Positions 1 to 13,416 of a stretch of 64,000 nt of DNA are shown here, piece by piece. The notes below the pieces were generated by a model, which saw only the letters and a program-made list of their open reading frames with translations, did not search any database and was not told the DNA's origin. The stretch is from Balanoglossus misakiensis (Eukaryota; Animalia; Hemichordata). The stretch's first letter is position 1; each line of letters begins with the position of its first letter. The translations under genes and the position numbers were made by a program. Location: contig CM082598.2 in NCBI GenBank assembly GCA_040954595.2, positions 9,005,097-9,069,096 on the forward strand. The letters run 5' to 3'.

Positions 1-1199
1 CCGACTTGATCACCGTTGCTAACGAACACTAGTGTCTGTCATGGTGTGCCGGGGTTTTAGTCGAGCCAGGCCGTAGGAGATCTGACTTGATCATCGTGGT
101 CAATGTACGCGTGTTTCTGCTCTAAAGTGCCGGGGCTTCGGCTAAACCAGGCCGTAGGAAATCCGACGTAATCACCGTTGATAACTTACGCCAGTGTCTG
201 TCATGGTGTGCCGGGGTTTTAGTCGAGCCAGGCCGTAGGAGATCTGACTTGATCATCGTGGTCAATGTACGCGTGTTTCCGCTCTAAAGTGCCGGGGCTT
301 CAGCTAAACCAGGCCGTTAGAAATCCGACGTAATCACCATTGATAACTTACGCCAGTCTGTGTCATATAGAGCCGGTGCACCAGCGGAGTCACGCCGTAG
401 GAAATCTGACTTGATCAACGTGGTCAATGTAAACCTGTTTCTGCTCTAGAGTGCCGGGGCTTCAGCTGAGCCAGGCCGTAGGAAACCCGACGTGATTACC
501 GTTGTTAACTTACGCCAGTCTGTGTACTATAGAGCCGGTGCACCAGCCGAGTCACGCCGTAGGAAATCTGACTTGATCAACGTGGTCAATGTACACCTGT
601 TTCTGCTCTAGAGTGCCGGGGCTTCAGCTGAGCCAGGCCGTAGGAAACCCGACGTGATTACCGTTGTTAACTTACGCCAGTCTGTGTACTATAGAGCCGG
701 TGCACCAGCCGAGTCACGCCGTAGGAAATCTGACTTGATCAACGTGGTCAATGTACGCCTGTTTCTGCTCTAGAGTGCCGGGGCTTCAGCTGAGCCAGGC
801 CGTAGGAAACCCGACGTGATTACCGTTGTTAACTTACGCCAGTCTGTGTCCTATATATAGTGCCGGGGCATCAGCCGTGCCAGGCCGAAGGAAATGTGAG
901 TAGATTAACGTGGTCTCTGTACGCGTGTTTCTGCTCTAGAGTGCCGGGGCTTTATCCAAGCCGTGCCGTAGAAAATCTGACTTGATCACCGTTGCTAACG
1001 TACGCTAGTGTCTGTCATATTGTGACGGAGATTTAGCCGAGCCAGGCCGTAGAAAAATCGACTTGTTCAACGTTAACAGTGTGCAACTGTTTCTGCTCTA
1101 GAGTGTCAGGGTTTTAGCCGACTTATGCTGTAGCAAATCTGAGTTGATGAACGGGAATTCAATGTTAGAAAACCCGTGTGGAAAGTATCTCTACCCGTT

Positions 1200-2100
1200 T
1201 GAAACTAAGAAAAGAATTTATTCTTATTTATTTTGTAAAAAAGACAATTTTTATAAAAAAAGTCGAAAATGGTAATTTTGTCTTGGGTGATTCAAATTAT
1301 ACCGCCTTTCCTGGAATTTGCAGCACTTTTTACAAGAGAACGACACTTCATGCTCCATAATATTTCCGAAAATGAAGAAAAGAGTTAATTTTTTATGATT
1401 TTTTACAAATTTACCATTTTTGTCAAAATATGGCCAAAATGACTATTTTTTCTTGAATTCCGTCAATATCTCTGCATTTTTGGAGTGGTCGAAACTTTTA
1501 ACATACAATCAACATGTCATATATAATCAGGGCACCGAATTCGAAGAACAATTAAAGCTTTTTTTAATTGTTTTTCTAAAAATGACATTTTCAAGCAAAA
1601 TTTGATAACATGCAATTTTGTCTGCAATGAGCCAAATTAGACTGTCTTTTGTGGAAATTGTATCGATATATACAAACGAAGGACATTCTATACTCCATCA
1701 GATTACAGAAAATGTAGAAAACAGTTATTTTTCGTTATTTTCAAAAATTTACCATTTTTGACCAAAATGTGGCTAAAATTGTTATTTTCGTCTTGAACGC
1801 CGCCAGTGTCACTGCTTTTAAGAGTCATAAAAACTTTTAACATACAAGCAATTGTTTATATATGATCAGGTCACCGAATTCAAAAAATAAAGAATGTTTT
1901 GCATAAAAATGACCTTTTTAGTGCAAACAATGAATAAAACGCAATTTTGTATTAAATCAGCTCATTCAGAGTGCATTTTTAGAATCAGCACCATTTTTAC
2001 ATATAATGGAAATTTCATACATCATCAGATATCCAAATATGAAAAAATGATTTAGATTTTAGCTGATTGTCCAAAATTAGCTGATATCTAATAAATGTAG
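1200..2100. repeat. AT-rich block of the macrosatellite unit (example copy): about 2.6 decayed copies of a ~330-340-bp ancestral repeat
   Basis: ACATACAA followed by ATCAGG.CACCGAATTC occurs at 1501 and 1840 (period 339). Homologous AATTTTGT segments start near 1274, 1614 and 1943. Many A/T tracts are present. Confidence 0.85.
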
Positions 2101-2117
2101 TATTGAACCATTCTGTT

Positions 2118-2130
2118 CCCCCCCCCCCCC
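2118..2130. repeat. Poly-C tract at the AT/GC block boundary (example copy; present in each unit with variable length)
   Basis: C13 here, C7 near 41330, and a longer rearranged run near 23805. It is flanked by a 7-bp inverted repeat AATGTAG / CTACATT. Confidence 0.9.
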
Positions 2131-2340
2131 TACATTATATGCGGTACGCCGATGTCAGCTTACCCGGCAGTACTGCAGGCCGTGTCCCCAACTAACGTCG
2201 GTGTTTGAAACGCCCTGGTTAAATTCGGGCTTTCTCTATAAATTGACAGGCAATAATGCAGTCCTACCCGAACAAATGTCGAGTGTTGACCCGCTGTGAC
2301 TTCCCCTCTTTGGTTTGCCCGACTTAGCCAACGTCTTTGT

Positions 2341-3540
2341 ACTAGAGTGTCTGGTCTTTTGCAGAGCCAGGCCGAAGGAAATCCGACTTGATCACCGTTG
2401 CTAACGAACACTAGTGTCTGTCATGGTGTGCCGGGGTTTTAGTCGAGCCAGGCCGTAGGAGATCTGACTTGATCATCGTGGTCAATGTACGCGTGTTTCT
2501 GCTCTAAAGTGCCGGGGCTTCGGCTAAACCAGGCCGTAGGAAATCCGACGTAATCACCGTTGATAACTTACGCCAGTGTCTGTCATGGTGTGCCGGGGTT
2601 TTAGTCGAGCCAGGCCGTAGGAGATCTGACTTGATCATCGTGGTCAATGTACGCGTGTTTCCGCTCTAAAGTGCCGGGGCTTCAGCTAAACCAGGCCGTT
2701 AGAAATCCGACGTAATCACCATTGATAACTTACGCCAGTCTGTGTCATATAGAGCCGGTGCACCAGCGGAGTCACGCCGTAGGAAATCTGACTTGATCAA
2801 CGTGGTCAATGTAAACCTGTTTCTGCTCTAGAGTGCCGGGGCTTCAGCTGAGCCAGGCCGTAGGAAACCCGACGTGATTACCGTTGTTAACTTACGCCAG
2901 TCTGTGTACTATAGAGCCGGTGCACCAGCCGAGTCACGCCGTAGGAAATCTGACTTGATCAACGTGGTCAATGTACACCTGTTTCTGCTCTAGAGTGCCG
3001 GGGCTTCAGCTGAGCCAGGCCGTAGGAAACCCGACGTGATTACCGTTGTTAACTTACGCCAGTCTGTGTACTATAGAGCCGGTGCACCAGCCGAGTCACG
3101 CCGTAGGAAATCTGTCTTGATCAACGTGGTCAATGTACGCCTGTTTCTGCTCTAGAGTGCCGGGGCTTCAGCTGAGCCAGGCCGTAGGAAACCCGACGTG
3201 ATTACCGTTGTTAACTTACGCCAGTCTGTGTCCTATATATAGTGCCGGGGCATCAGCCGTGCCAGGCCGAAGGAAATGTGAGTAGATTAACGTGGTCTCT
3301 GTACGCGTGTTTCTGCTCTAGAGTGCCGGGGCTTTATCCAAGCCGTGCCGTAGAAAATCTGACTTGATCACCGTTGCTAACGTACGCTAGTGTCTGTCAT
3401 ATTGTGACGGAGATTTAGCCGAGCCAGGCCGTAGAAAAATCGACTTGTTCAACGTTAACAGTGTGCAACTGTTTCTGCTCTAGAGTGTCAGGGTTTTAGC
3501 CGACTTATGCTGTAGCAAATCTGAGTTGATGAACGGGAAT
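2341..3540. repeat. GC/CpG-rich block of 81-bp monomers arranged as 162-bp dimers (example copy)
   Basis: In the first copy GTAGGAAA recurs at 478, 559, 640, 721 and 802 (period 81). Alternate monomers are more similar to each other than neighbours are (period 162). Monomers diverge toward both block ends. Confidence 0.95.
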
Positions 3541-6500
3541 TCAATGTTAGAAAACCCGTGTGGAAAGTATCTCTACCCGTTTGAAACTAAGAAAAGAATT
3601 TATTCTTATTTATTTTGTAAAAAAGACAATTTTTATAAAAAAAGTCGAAAATGGTAATTTTGTCTTGGGTGATTCAAATTATACCGCCTTTCCTGGAATT
3701 TGCAGCACTTTTTACAAGAGAACGACACTTCATGCTCCATAATATTTCCGAAAATGAAGAAAAGAGTTAATTTTTTATGATTTTTTACAAATTTACCATT
3801 TTTGTCAAAATATGGCCAAAATGACTATTTTTTCTTGAATTCCGTCAATATCTCTGCATTTTTGGAGTGGTCGAAACTTTTAACATACAATCAACATGTC
3901 ATATATAATCAGGGCACCGAATTCGAAGAACAATTAAAGCTTTTTTTAATTGTTTTTCTAAAAATGACATTTTCAAGCAAAATTTGATAACATGCAATTT
4001 TGTCTGCAATGAGCCAAATTAGACTGTCTTTTGTGGAAATTGTATCGATATATACAAACGAAGGACATTCTATACTCCATCAGATTACAGAAAATGTAGA
4101 AAACAGTTATTTTTCGTTATTTTCAAAAATTTACCATTTTTGACCAAAATGTGGCTAAAATTGTTATTTTCGTCTTGAACGCCGCCAGTGTCACTGCTTT
4201 TAAGAGTCATAAAAACTTTTAACATACAAGCAATTGTTTATATATGATCAGGTCACCGAATTCAAAAAATAAAGAATGTTTTGCATAAAAATGACCTTTT
4301 TAGTGCAAACAATGAATAAAACGCAATTTTGTATTAAATCAGCTCATTCAGAGTGCATTTTTAGAATCAGCACCATTTTTACATATAATGGAAATTTCAT
4401 ACATCATCAGATATCCAAATATGAAAAAATGATTTAGATTTTAGCTGATTGTCCAAAATTAGCTGATATCTAATAAATGTAGTATTGAACCATTCTGTCC
4501 CCCCCCCTACATTATATGCGGTACGCCGATGTCAGCTTACCCGGCAGTACTGCAGGCCGTGTCCCCAACTAACGTCGGTGTTTGAAACGCTCTGGTTAAA
4601 TTCGGGCTTTCTCTATAAATTGACAGGCAATAATGCAGTCCTACCCGAACAAATGTCGAGTGTTGACCCGCTGTGACTTCCCCTCTTTGGTTTGCCCGAC
4701 TTAGCCAACGTCTTTGTACTAGAGTGTCGGGTCTTTTGCAGAGCCAGGCCGAAGAAAATCCGACTTGATCACCGTTGCTAACGAACACTAGTGTCTGTCA
4801 TGGTGTGCCGGGGTTTTAGTCGAGCCAGGCCGTAGGAGATCTGACTTGATCATCGTGGTCAATGTACGCGTGTTTCTGCTCTAAAGTGCCGGGGCTTCAG
4901 CTAAACCAGGCCGTAGGTAATCCGACGTAATCACCGTTGATAACTTACGCCAGTGTCTGTCATGGTGTGCCGGGGTTTTAGTCGAGCCAGGCCGTAGGAG
5001 ATCTGACTTGATCATCGTGGTCAATGTACGCGTGTTTCCGCTATAAAGTGCCGGGGCTTCAGCTAAATCAGGCCGTTAGAAATCCGAGGTAATCACCATT
5101 GATAACTTACGCCAGTCTGTGTCATATAGAGCCGGTGCTCCAGCGGAGTCACGCCGTAGGAAATCTGACTTGATCAACGTGGTCAATGTACACCAGTTTC
5201 TGCTCTAGAGTGCCGGGGCTTCAGCTGAGCCAGACCGTAGGAAACCCGACGTGATTACCGTTGTTAACTTACGCCAGTCTGTGTACTATAGAGCCGGTGC
5301 ACCAGCCGAGTCACGCCGTAGGAAATCTGACTTGATCAACGTGGTCAATGTACGCCTGTTTCTGCTCTAGAGTGCCGGGGCTTCAGCTGAGCCAGGCCGT
5401 AGGAAACCCGACGTGATTACCGTTGTTAACTTACGCCAGTCTGTGTCCTATATATAGTGCCGGGGCATCAGCCGTGCCAGGCCGAAGGAAATGTGAGTAG
5501 ATCAACGTGGTCTCTGTACGCGTGTTTCTGCTCTAGAGTGCCGGGGCTTTATCCAAGCCGTGCCGTAGAAAATCTGACTTGATCACCGTTGCTAACGTAC
5601 GCTAGTGTCTGTCATATTGTGACGGAGATTTAGCCGAGCCAGGCCGTAGAAAAATCGACTTGTTCAACGTTACCAGTGTGCAACTGTTTCTGCTCTAGAG
5701 TGTCAGGGTTTTAGCCGACTTATGCTGTAGGAAATCTGAGTTGATGAACGGGAATTCAATGTTAGAAAACACGTGTGGAAAGTATCTCTACCCGTTTGAA
5801 ACTAAGAAAAGAATTTATTCTTATTTATTTTGTAAAAAAGACAATTTTCGAAAAAAAGTCGAAAATGGTAATTTTGTCTTGGGTGATTCAAATTATACCG
5901 CCTTTTCTGGAATTTGCAGCACTTTTTACAAGAGAACGACACTTCATGCTCCATAATATTTCCGAACAAATTACCATTTTTGTCAAAATATGGCCAAAAT
6001 GGCTATTTTTTCTTGAATTCCGTCAATATCTCTGCATTTTTGGAGTGGTCGAAACTCTTAACATACAATCAACATGTCATATATAATCAGGGCACCGAAT
6101 TCGAAGAACAATTAAAGCTTTTTTTAATTATTTTTCTAAAAATGACATTTTCAAGCAAAATTTGATAACATGCAATTTTGTCTGCAGTGAGCCAAATTAG
6201 ACTGTCTTTTGTGGTATTTGTATCGATATATACATACGAAGGGCATTCTATACTCCATCAGATTACCGAAAATGTAGGAAACATTTATTTTTCGTAATTT
6301 TCAAAAATTTACCATTTTTGACCAAAATGTGGCTAAAATTTTTATTTTCGTCTTGAATGCCGCCAGTGTCACTGCTTTTAAGAGTCATAAAAACTTTTAA
6401 CATACAAGCAATTGTTTATATATGATCAGGTCACCGAATTAAAAAAATAAAGAATGTTTTGCCTAAAATGACCTTTTTGGTGCAAAAACGAATAAAACGC

Positions 6501-6813
6501 AATTTTGTATTAAATCAGCTCATTCAGAGTGCATTTTTTATAATCAGCACCATTTTTACATATAATGGAAATTTCATACATCATCAGATATTCAAATATG
6601 AAAAAATGATTTAGATTTTAGATGATTGTCCAAAATTAGCTGATATCTAATAAATGTAGTATTGAACCGTTCTGTCCCCCCCCCCCCCCTACATTATATG
6701 CGGTACGCCGATGTCAGCTTACCCGGCAGTACTGCAGGCCGTGCCCCCAACTAACGTCGGTGTTTGAAACGCCCTGGTTAAATTCGGGCTTTCTCTATAA
6801 AGTGACAGGCAAT

Positions 6814-7581
6814 GTTAATCATTTAAGTTAATCATTTAATTTACGCCGATGATTTGGTTATTATATCTACTGGAGCCTATGGCCAGCAGATGCTTGTTGA
6901 TACTTGTGGTCATTATGGCAGCATTAACTCAATTTTCTTCAATGAGAAAAAAACAGTCTGTATGTTAATTCAGCCAAGTATGCGCAGGCTCAGACACGTT
7001 CCAATTTATCTGAACGGCCGAATGCTGAATTATGTCAATGTTTATAAATATCTTGGTCACCTTATCACTTGTGACCTTAGGGATAATGAGGACATTCTAG
7101 CTCAAACGCGACAATTTTATGTTCGCGGTAATGCGATTATTCGTGATTTTAAATTTGCGTCTATCTCTGTTAAATGTCATTTGTTTTCTGTATTTTGTGA
7201 TATCCCGTATTGCTCTTACTTATGGAGTGCTTTTTCTGTGTGTATTTTTAATGCAGTTAGGAGAGCTTACTCCCAGGTTTTCCGTAAATTGTCTGGTTTT
7301 AAACATTCATTTATTCAGAGCAACAGTGCGATGTTTGTTAATCTTTCCATTTTAACTTTTGATGAAATACTCCGGAAAAAATCATTAAGCTTTTTAAGCA
7401 GACTCCACCTCTCAAGTAACCCACTTGTAGCCAGTGTTTTATCACTATCAGTGTTCTCAAATAGTGGACTTTGGAAGGTTTGGAGTAGACGATTGTTTTG
7501 ATGTTTTTATGGTGTTTCGTTTTGCTATGGATTATTTTATAATCTGAAATAAAGATGAAATAAATAAATAAATAAATAAAT
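6814..7581 (+). mobile_element. 5'-truncated non-LTR retrotransposon (LINE; possibly RTE/RTEX-like, clade not certain)
   Basis: It interrupts the unit at GACAGGCAAT^AATGCAGTCC, which is contiguous in sister units. It carries an RT C-terminal ORF, a short 3' UTR, AATAAA at 7548-7553 and a (TAAA)n tail at 7561-7580. Any TSD is at most AAT and is ambiguous with the tail. Confidence 0.92.
6827..7501 (+). pseudogene. C-terminal fragment of LINE ORF2 reverse transcriptase
   Basis: Extending ORF 6854..7501 upstream in frame gives VNHLIYADDLVIIS, with the catalytic YADD at 6842-6853. FNEKKT and YKYLG motifs typical of non-LTR RT follow. There are no internal stops, but the N-terminal RT and endonuclease are missing. 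Confidence 0.9.
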
Positions 7582-10500
7582 AATGCAGTCCTACCCAAAC
7601 AAATGTCGAGTGTTGACCCGCTGTGACTTTCCCTCTTCGGTTTGCCCGACTTAGCCAACGTCTTTGTACTGGAGTGTCGGGTCTTTTGCAGAGGCAGGCC
7701 GAAGGAAATCCGATTTGATCACCGTTGCCACCGTTGCTAACGAACGCTAGTGTCTGTCATGGTGTGCCGGGGTTTTAGTCGAGCCAGGCCGTAGGAGATC
7801 TGACTTGATCATCGTGGTCAATGTACGCGTGTTTCCGCTCTAAAGTGCCGGGGCTTCAGCTAAACCAGGCCGTAGGAAATCCGACGTAATCACCGTTGAT
7901 AACTTACGCCAGTCTGTGTCATATAGAGTCGGTGCACCAGCCGAGTCACGCCGTAGGAAATCTGACTTTATCAACGTGGTCAATGTACGCCTGTTTCTGC
8001 TCTAGAGTGCCGGGGCTTCAGCTGAGCCAGGCCGTAGGAAACCCGACGTGATTACCGTTGTTAACTTACGCCAGTCTGTGTCCTATATATAGTGCCGGGG
8101 TATCAGCCGTGCCAGGCCGAAGGAAATGTGAGTAGACCAACGTGGTCTCTGTACGCGTGTTTCTGCTCTAGAGTGCCAGGGCTTTAGCCAAGCCATGCCG
8201 TAGGAAATCTGACTTGATCAACGTTGCTAACGAACGCTAGTGTCTGACATAGTGTGCCGGGGTTTTAGTCGAGCCAAGCCGTAGGAGATCAGACTTGATA
8301 AACGTGGTCTCTGTACGCGTGTTTCTGCTCTAGAGTGCCGGGGCTTTATCCAAGCCATGCCGTAGAAAATCTGACTTGATCACCGTTGCTAACGTACGCT
8401 AGTGTCTGTCATATTGTGACGGAGATTTAGCCGAGCCAGGCCGTAGACAAATCGACTTGTTCAACGTTACCAGTGTGCAACTGTTTCTGCTCTAGAGTGT
8501 CAGAGTTTTAGCCGACTTATGCTGTAGGAAATCTGAGTTGATGAACGGGAATTCAATATTAGAAAACCCGTGTGGAAAGTATCTCTACCCGTTTGAAACT
8601 AAGAAAAGAATTTATTCTTATTTATTTTGTAAAAAAGACAATTTTTCGAAAAAAAGTCGAAAATGGTAATTTTGTCTTGGGTGATTCAAATTATACCGCC
8701 TTTTCTGGAATTTGCAGCACTTTTTACAAGAGAACGACACTTCATGCTCCATAATATTTCCGAAAATGAAGAAAAGAGTTAATTTTTTATGATTTTTTAT
8801 AAATTTACCATTTTTGTCAAAATATGGCCAAAATGACTATTTTTTCTTGAATTCCGTCAATATCTCTGCATTTTTGGAGTGGTCGAAACTTTTAACATAC
8901 AATCAACATGTCATATATAATCAGGGCACCGAATTCGAAGAACAATTAAAGCTTTTTTTAATTATTTTTCTAAAAATGACATTTTCAAGCAAAATTTGAT
9001 AACATGCAATTTTGTCTGCAGTGAGCCAAATTAGACTGTCTTTTGTGGTATTTGTATCGATATATACATACGAAGGGCATTCTATACTCCATCAGATTAC
9101 CGAAAATGTAGGAAACATTTATTTTTCGTAATTTTCAAAAATTTACCATTTTTGACCAAAATGTGGCTAAAATTGTTATTTTCGTCTTGAATGCCGCCAG
9201 TGTCACTGCTTTTAAGAGTCATAAAAACTTTTAACATACAAGCAATTGTTTATATATGATCAGGTCACCGAATTAAAAAAATAAAGAATGTTTTGCCTAA
9301 AATGACCTTTTTGGTGCAAAAACGAATAAAACGCAATTTTGTATTAAATCAGCTCATTCAGAGTGCATTTTTTATAATCAGCACCATTTTTACATATAAT
9401 GGAAATTTCATACATCATCAGATATTCAAATATGAAAAAATGATTTAGATTTTAGATGATTGTCCAAAATTAGCTGATATCTAATAAATGTAGTATTGAA
9501 CCGTTCTGTCCCCCCCCCCCCTACATTATATGCGGTACGCCGATGTCAGCTTACCCGGCAGTACTGCAGGCCGTGCCACCAACTAACGTCGGTGTTTGAA
9601 ACGCCCTGGTTAAATTCGGGCTTTCTCTATAAATTGACAGGCAATAATGCAGTCCTACCCGAACAAATGTCGAGTGTTGACCCGCTGTGACTTTCCCTCT
9701 TCGGTTTGCCCGACTTAGCCAACGTCTTTGTACTGGAGTGTCGGGTCTTTTGCAGAGGCAGGCCGAAGGAAATCCGACTTGATCACCGTTGCTAACGAAC
9801 GCTAGTGTCTGTCATGGTGTGCCGGGGTTTTAGTCGAGCCAGGCCGTAGGAGATCTGACTTGATCATCGTGGTCAATGTACGCGTGTTTCTGCTCTAAAG
9901 TGCCGGGGCTTCAGCTAAACCAGGCCGTAGGAAATCCGACGTAATCACCGTTGATAACTTACGCCAGTGTCTATCATGGTGTGCCGGGGTTTTAGTCGAG
10001 CCAGGCCGTAGGAGATCTGACTTGATCATCGTGGTCAATGTACGCGTGTTTCCGCTCTAAAGTGCCGGGGCTTCAGCTAAATCAGGCCGTTAGAAATCCA
10101 TCGTAATCACCATTGATAACTTACGCCAGTCTGTGTCATATAGAGCCGGTGCACCAGCGGAGTCACGCCGTAGGAAATCTGTCTTGATCAACGTTGTCAA
10201 TATACACCTGTTTCTGCTCTAGAGTGCCGGGGCTTCAGCTGAGCCAGGCCGTAGGAAACCCGACGTGATTACCGTTGTTAACTTACGCCAGTCTGTGTAC
10301 TATAGAGCCGGTGCACCAGCCGAGTCACGCCGTAGGAAATCTGACTTTATCAACGTGGTCAATGTACGCCTGTTTCTGCTCTAGAGTGCCGGGGCTTCAG
10401 CTGAGCCAGGCCGTAGGAAACCCGACGTGATTACCGTTGTTAACTTACGCCAGTCTGTGTCCTATATATAGTGCCGGGGCATCAGCCGTGCCAGGCCGAA

Positions 10501-13416
10501 GGAAATGTGAGTAGACCAACGTGGTCTCTGTACGCGTGTTTCTGCTCTAGAGTGCCAGGGCTTTAGCCAAGCCATGCCGTAGGAAATCTGACTTGATCAA
10601 CGTTGCTAACGAACGCTAGTGTCTGTCATAGTGTGCCGGGGTTTTAGTCGAGCCAAGCCGTAGGAGATCAGACTTGATCAACGTGGTCTCTGTACGCGTG
10701 TTTCTGCTCTAGAGTGCCGGGGCTTTATCCAAGCCGTGCCGTAGAAAATCTGACTTGATCACCGTTGCTAACGTACGCTAGTGTCTGTCATATTGTGACG
10801 GAGATTTAGCCGAGCCAGGCCGTAGAAAAATCGACTTGTTCAACGTTACCAGTGTGCAACTGTTTCTGCTCTAGAGTGTCAGGGTTTTAGCCGACTTATG
10901 CTGTAGGAAATCTGAGTTGATGAACGGGAATTCAATGTTAGAAAACCCGTGTGGAAAGTATCTCTACCCGTTTTAAACTAAGAAAAGAATTTATTCTTAT
11001 TTATTTTGTAAAAAAGACAATTTTTCGAAAAAAAGTCGAAAATGGTAATTTTGTCTTGGGTGATTCAAATTATACCGTCTTTTCTGGAATTTGCAGCACT
11101 TTTTACAAGAGAACGACACTTCATGCTCCATAATATTTCCGAACAAATTACCATTTTTGTCAAAATATGGCCAAAATGGCTATTTTTTCTTGAATTTTGT
11201 CAATATCTCTGCATTTTTGGAGTGGTCGAAAGTCTTACATACAATCAACTTGTCAAATATGATCAGGGCAATAAATTCGAAGAACAAAGGTTTTTTTATT
11301 TTTTTTTCTAAAAATGACATTTTCATGGAAAATTTGGTAAAACGCAATTTTGTCTGCAGTGAGCCAAATTAGACTGTCTTTTATGGAATTTGTATCGATA
11401 TATACATACGAAGAGCATTCTATACTCCATCAGATTTCCGAAAATGTAGAAAACAGGTATTTTTTGTAATTTTCAAAAATTTACCAATTTGACCAAATTG
11501 TGGCTAAAATTGTTATATTCGTGTTGAATGCCGCCAGTGTCACTGCTTTTAAAAGTCATAAAAACTTTTAACATACAAGCAATTGTTTATATATGATCAG
11601 GTCACCGAATTAAAAAAATAAAGAATGTTATGCCTAAAAATGACCTTTTTGGTGCAAAAACGAATAAAACGCAATTTTGTATTAAATCAGCTCATTCAGA
11701 GTGCATTTTTTATAATCAGCACCATTTTTACCTATAATGGAAATTTCATACATCATCATATATCCAAATATGAAAAAATGATTTAGATTTTAGATGATTG
11801 TCCAAAATTAGCTGATATCTAATAAATGTAGTATTGAACCGTTCTGTTTCAACCCCCCCCCCCTACATTTTATGCGGTACGCCGATGTCAGCTTACCCGG
11901 CAGTACTGCAGGCCGTGCCCCCAACTAACGTCGGTGTTTGAAACGCCCTGGTTAAATTCGGGCTTTCTCTATAAATTGACAGGCAATAATGCAGTCCTAC
12001 CCGAACAAATGTCGAGTGTTGACCCGCTGTGACTTTCCCTCTTCGGTTTGTCCGACGTAGCCAACGTTTTTGTACTAGAGTGTCGGGTCATTTGCAGAGC
12101 CAGGCCGAAGGAAATCCGACTTGATCACCGTTGCTAACGAACGCTAGTGTCTGTCATGGTGTGCCGGGATTTTAGTCGAGCCTGGCCGTAGGAGATCTGA
12201 CTTGATCAACGTGGTCAATGTACACCTGTTTCTGCTCTAGAGTGCCGGGGCTTCAGCTAAACCAGGCCGTAGGAAATCCGACGTAATCACCGTTGATAAC
12301 TTACGCCAGTCTGTGTCATATAGAGCCGGTGCACCAGCCGAGTCACGCCGTAGGAAATCTGACTTGATCAACGTGGTCAATGTACGCCTGTTTCTGCTCT
12401 AGAGTGCCGGGGCTTCAGCTGAGCGAGGCCGTAGGAAACCCGACGTGATTACCGTTGTTAACTTACGCCAGTCTGTGTCCTATATATAGTGCCGAGGCAT
12501 CAGCCATGCCAGGCCGAAGGAAATGTGAGTAGATCAACGTGGTCTCTGTACGCGTGTTTCTGCTCTAGAGTGCCGTGGCTTCAGCTGAGCCAGGCCGTAG
12601 GAAACCCGACGTGATTACCGTTGTTAACTTACGCCAGTCTGTGTCCTATATATAGTGCCGGGGCATCAGCCGTGCCAGGCCGAAGGAAATGTGAGTAGAT
12701 CAACGTGGTCTCTGTACGCGTGTTTCTGCTCTAGAGTGCCGGGGCTTTATCCAAGCCGTGCCGTAGAAAATCTGACTTGATCACCGTTGCTAACGTACGC
12801 TAGTGTCTGTCATATTGTGACGGAGATTTAGCTGAGCCAGGCCGTAGAAAAATCGACTTGTTCAACGTTACCAGTGTGCAACTGTTTCTGCTCTAGAGTG
12901 TCAGAGTTTTAGCCGACTTATGCTGTAGGAAATCTGAGTTGATGAACGGGAATTCAATATTAGAAAACCCGTGTGGAAAGTATCTCTACCCGTTTGAAAC
13001 TAAGAAAAGAATTTATTCTTATTTATTTTGTAAAAAAGACAATTTTTCGAAAAAAAGTCGAAAATGGTAATTTTGTCTCGGGTGATTCAAATTATACCGC
13101 CTTTTCTGGAATTTGCAGTACTTTTTACAAGAGAACGACACTTCATGCTCCATAATATTTCCGAAAATTAATAAAAGAGTTAATTTTTTATGATTTTTTA
13201 AAAATTTATCATTTTTGTCAAAATATGGCCAAAATGGCTATTTTTTCTTGAATGTTGTCAATATCTCTGCATTTTTGGAGTGGTCGAAAGTTTTAACATA
13301 CATTATAATATGCTTGGTGTGAATCTAGCTTGCTGATTGGCTGGAGCCAGGGTTTATATTCTCAACAAGATGACCTGGCCCAACTTGGCCCTGAACGGAG
13401 AATAGCTAATAAACTT

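Noticed and set aside
460-500. Hammerhead ribozyme suggested by CTGAG...GAAAC in the monomer
   Set aside because: The CUGANGA core and a matching stem III with an NUH site are not present.
1-1140. 81-bp monomer as a 27-codon protein repeat (including possible TGA recoding)
   Set aside because: The frames I translated contain stops. The recurrent stop position is TGA in some monomers and TAA in others, which argues against selenocysteine or readthrough.
1140-1160. CENP-B box-like GAACGGGA
   Set aside because: It lacks the TTCG half and the correctly spaced A of the consensus.
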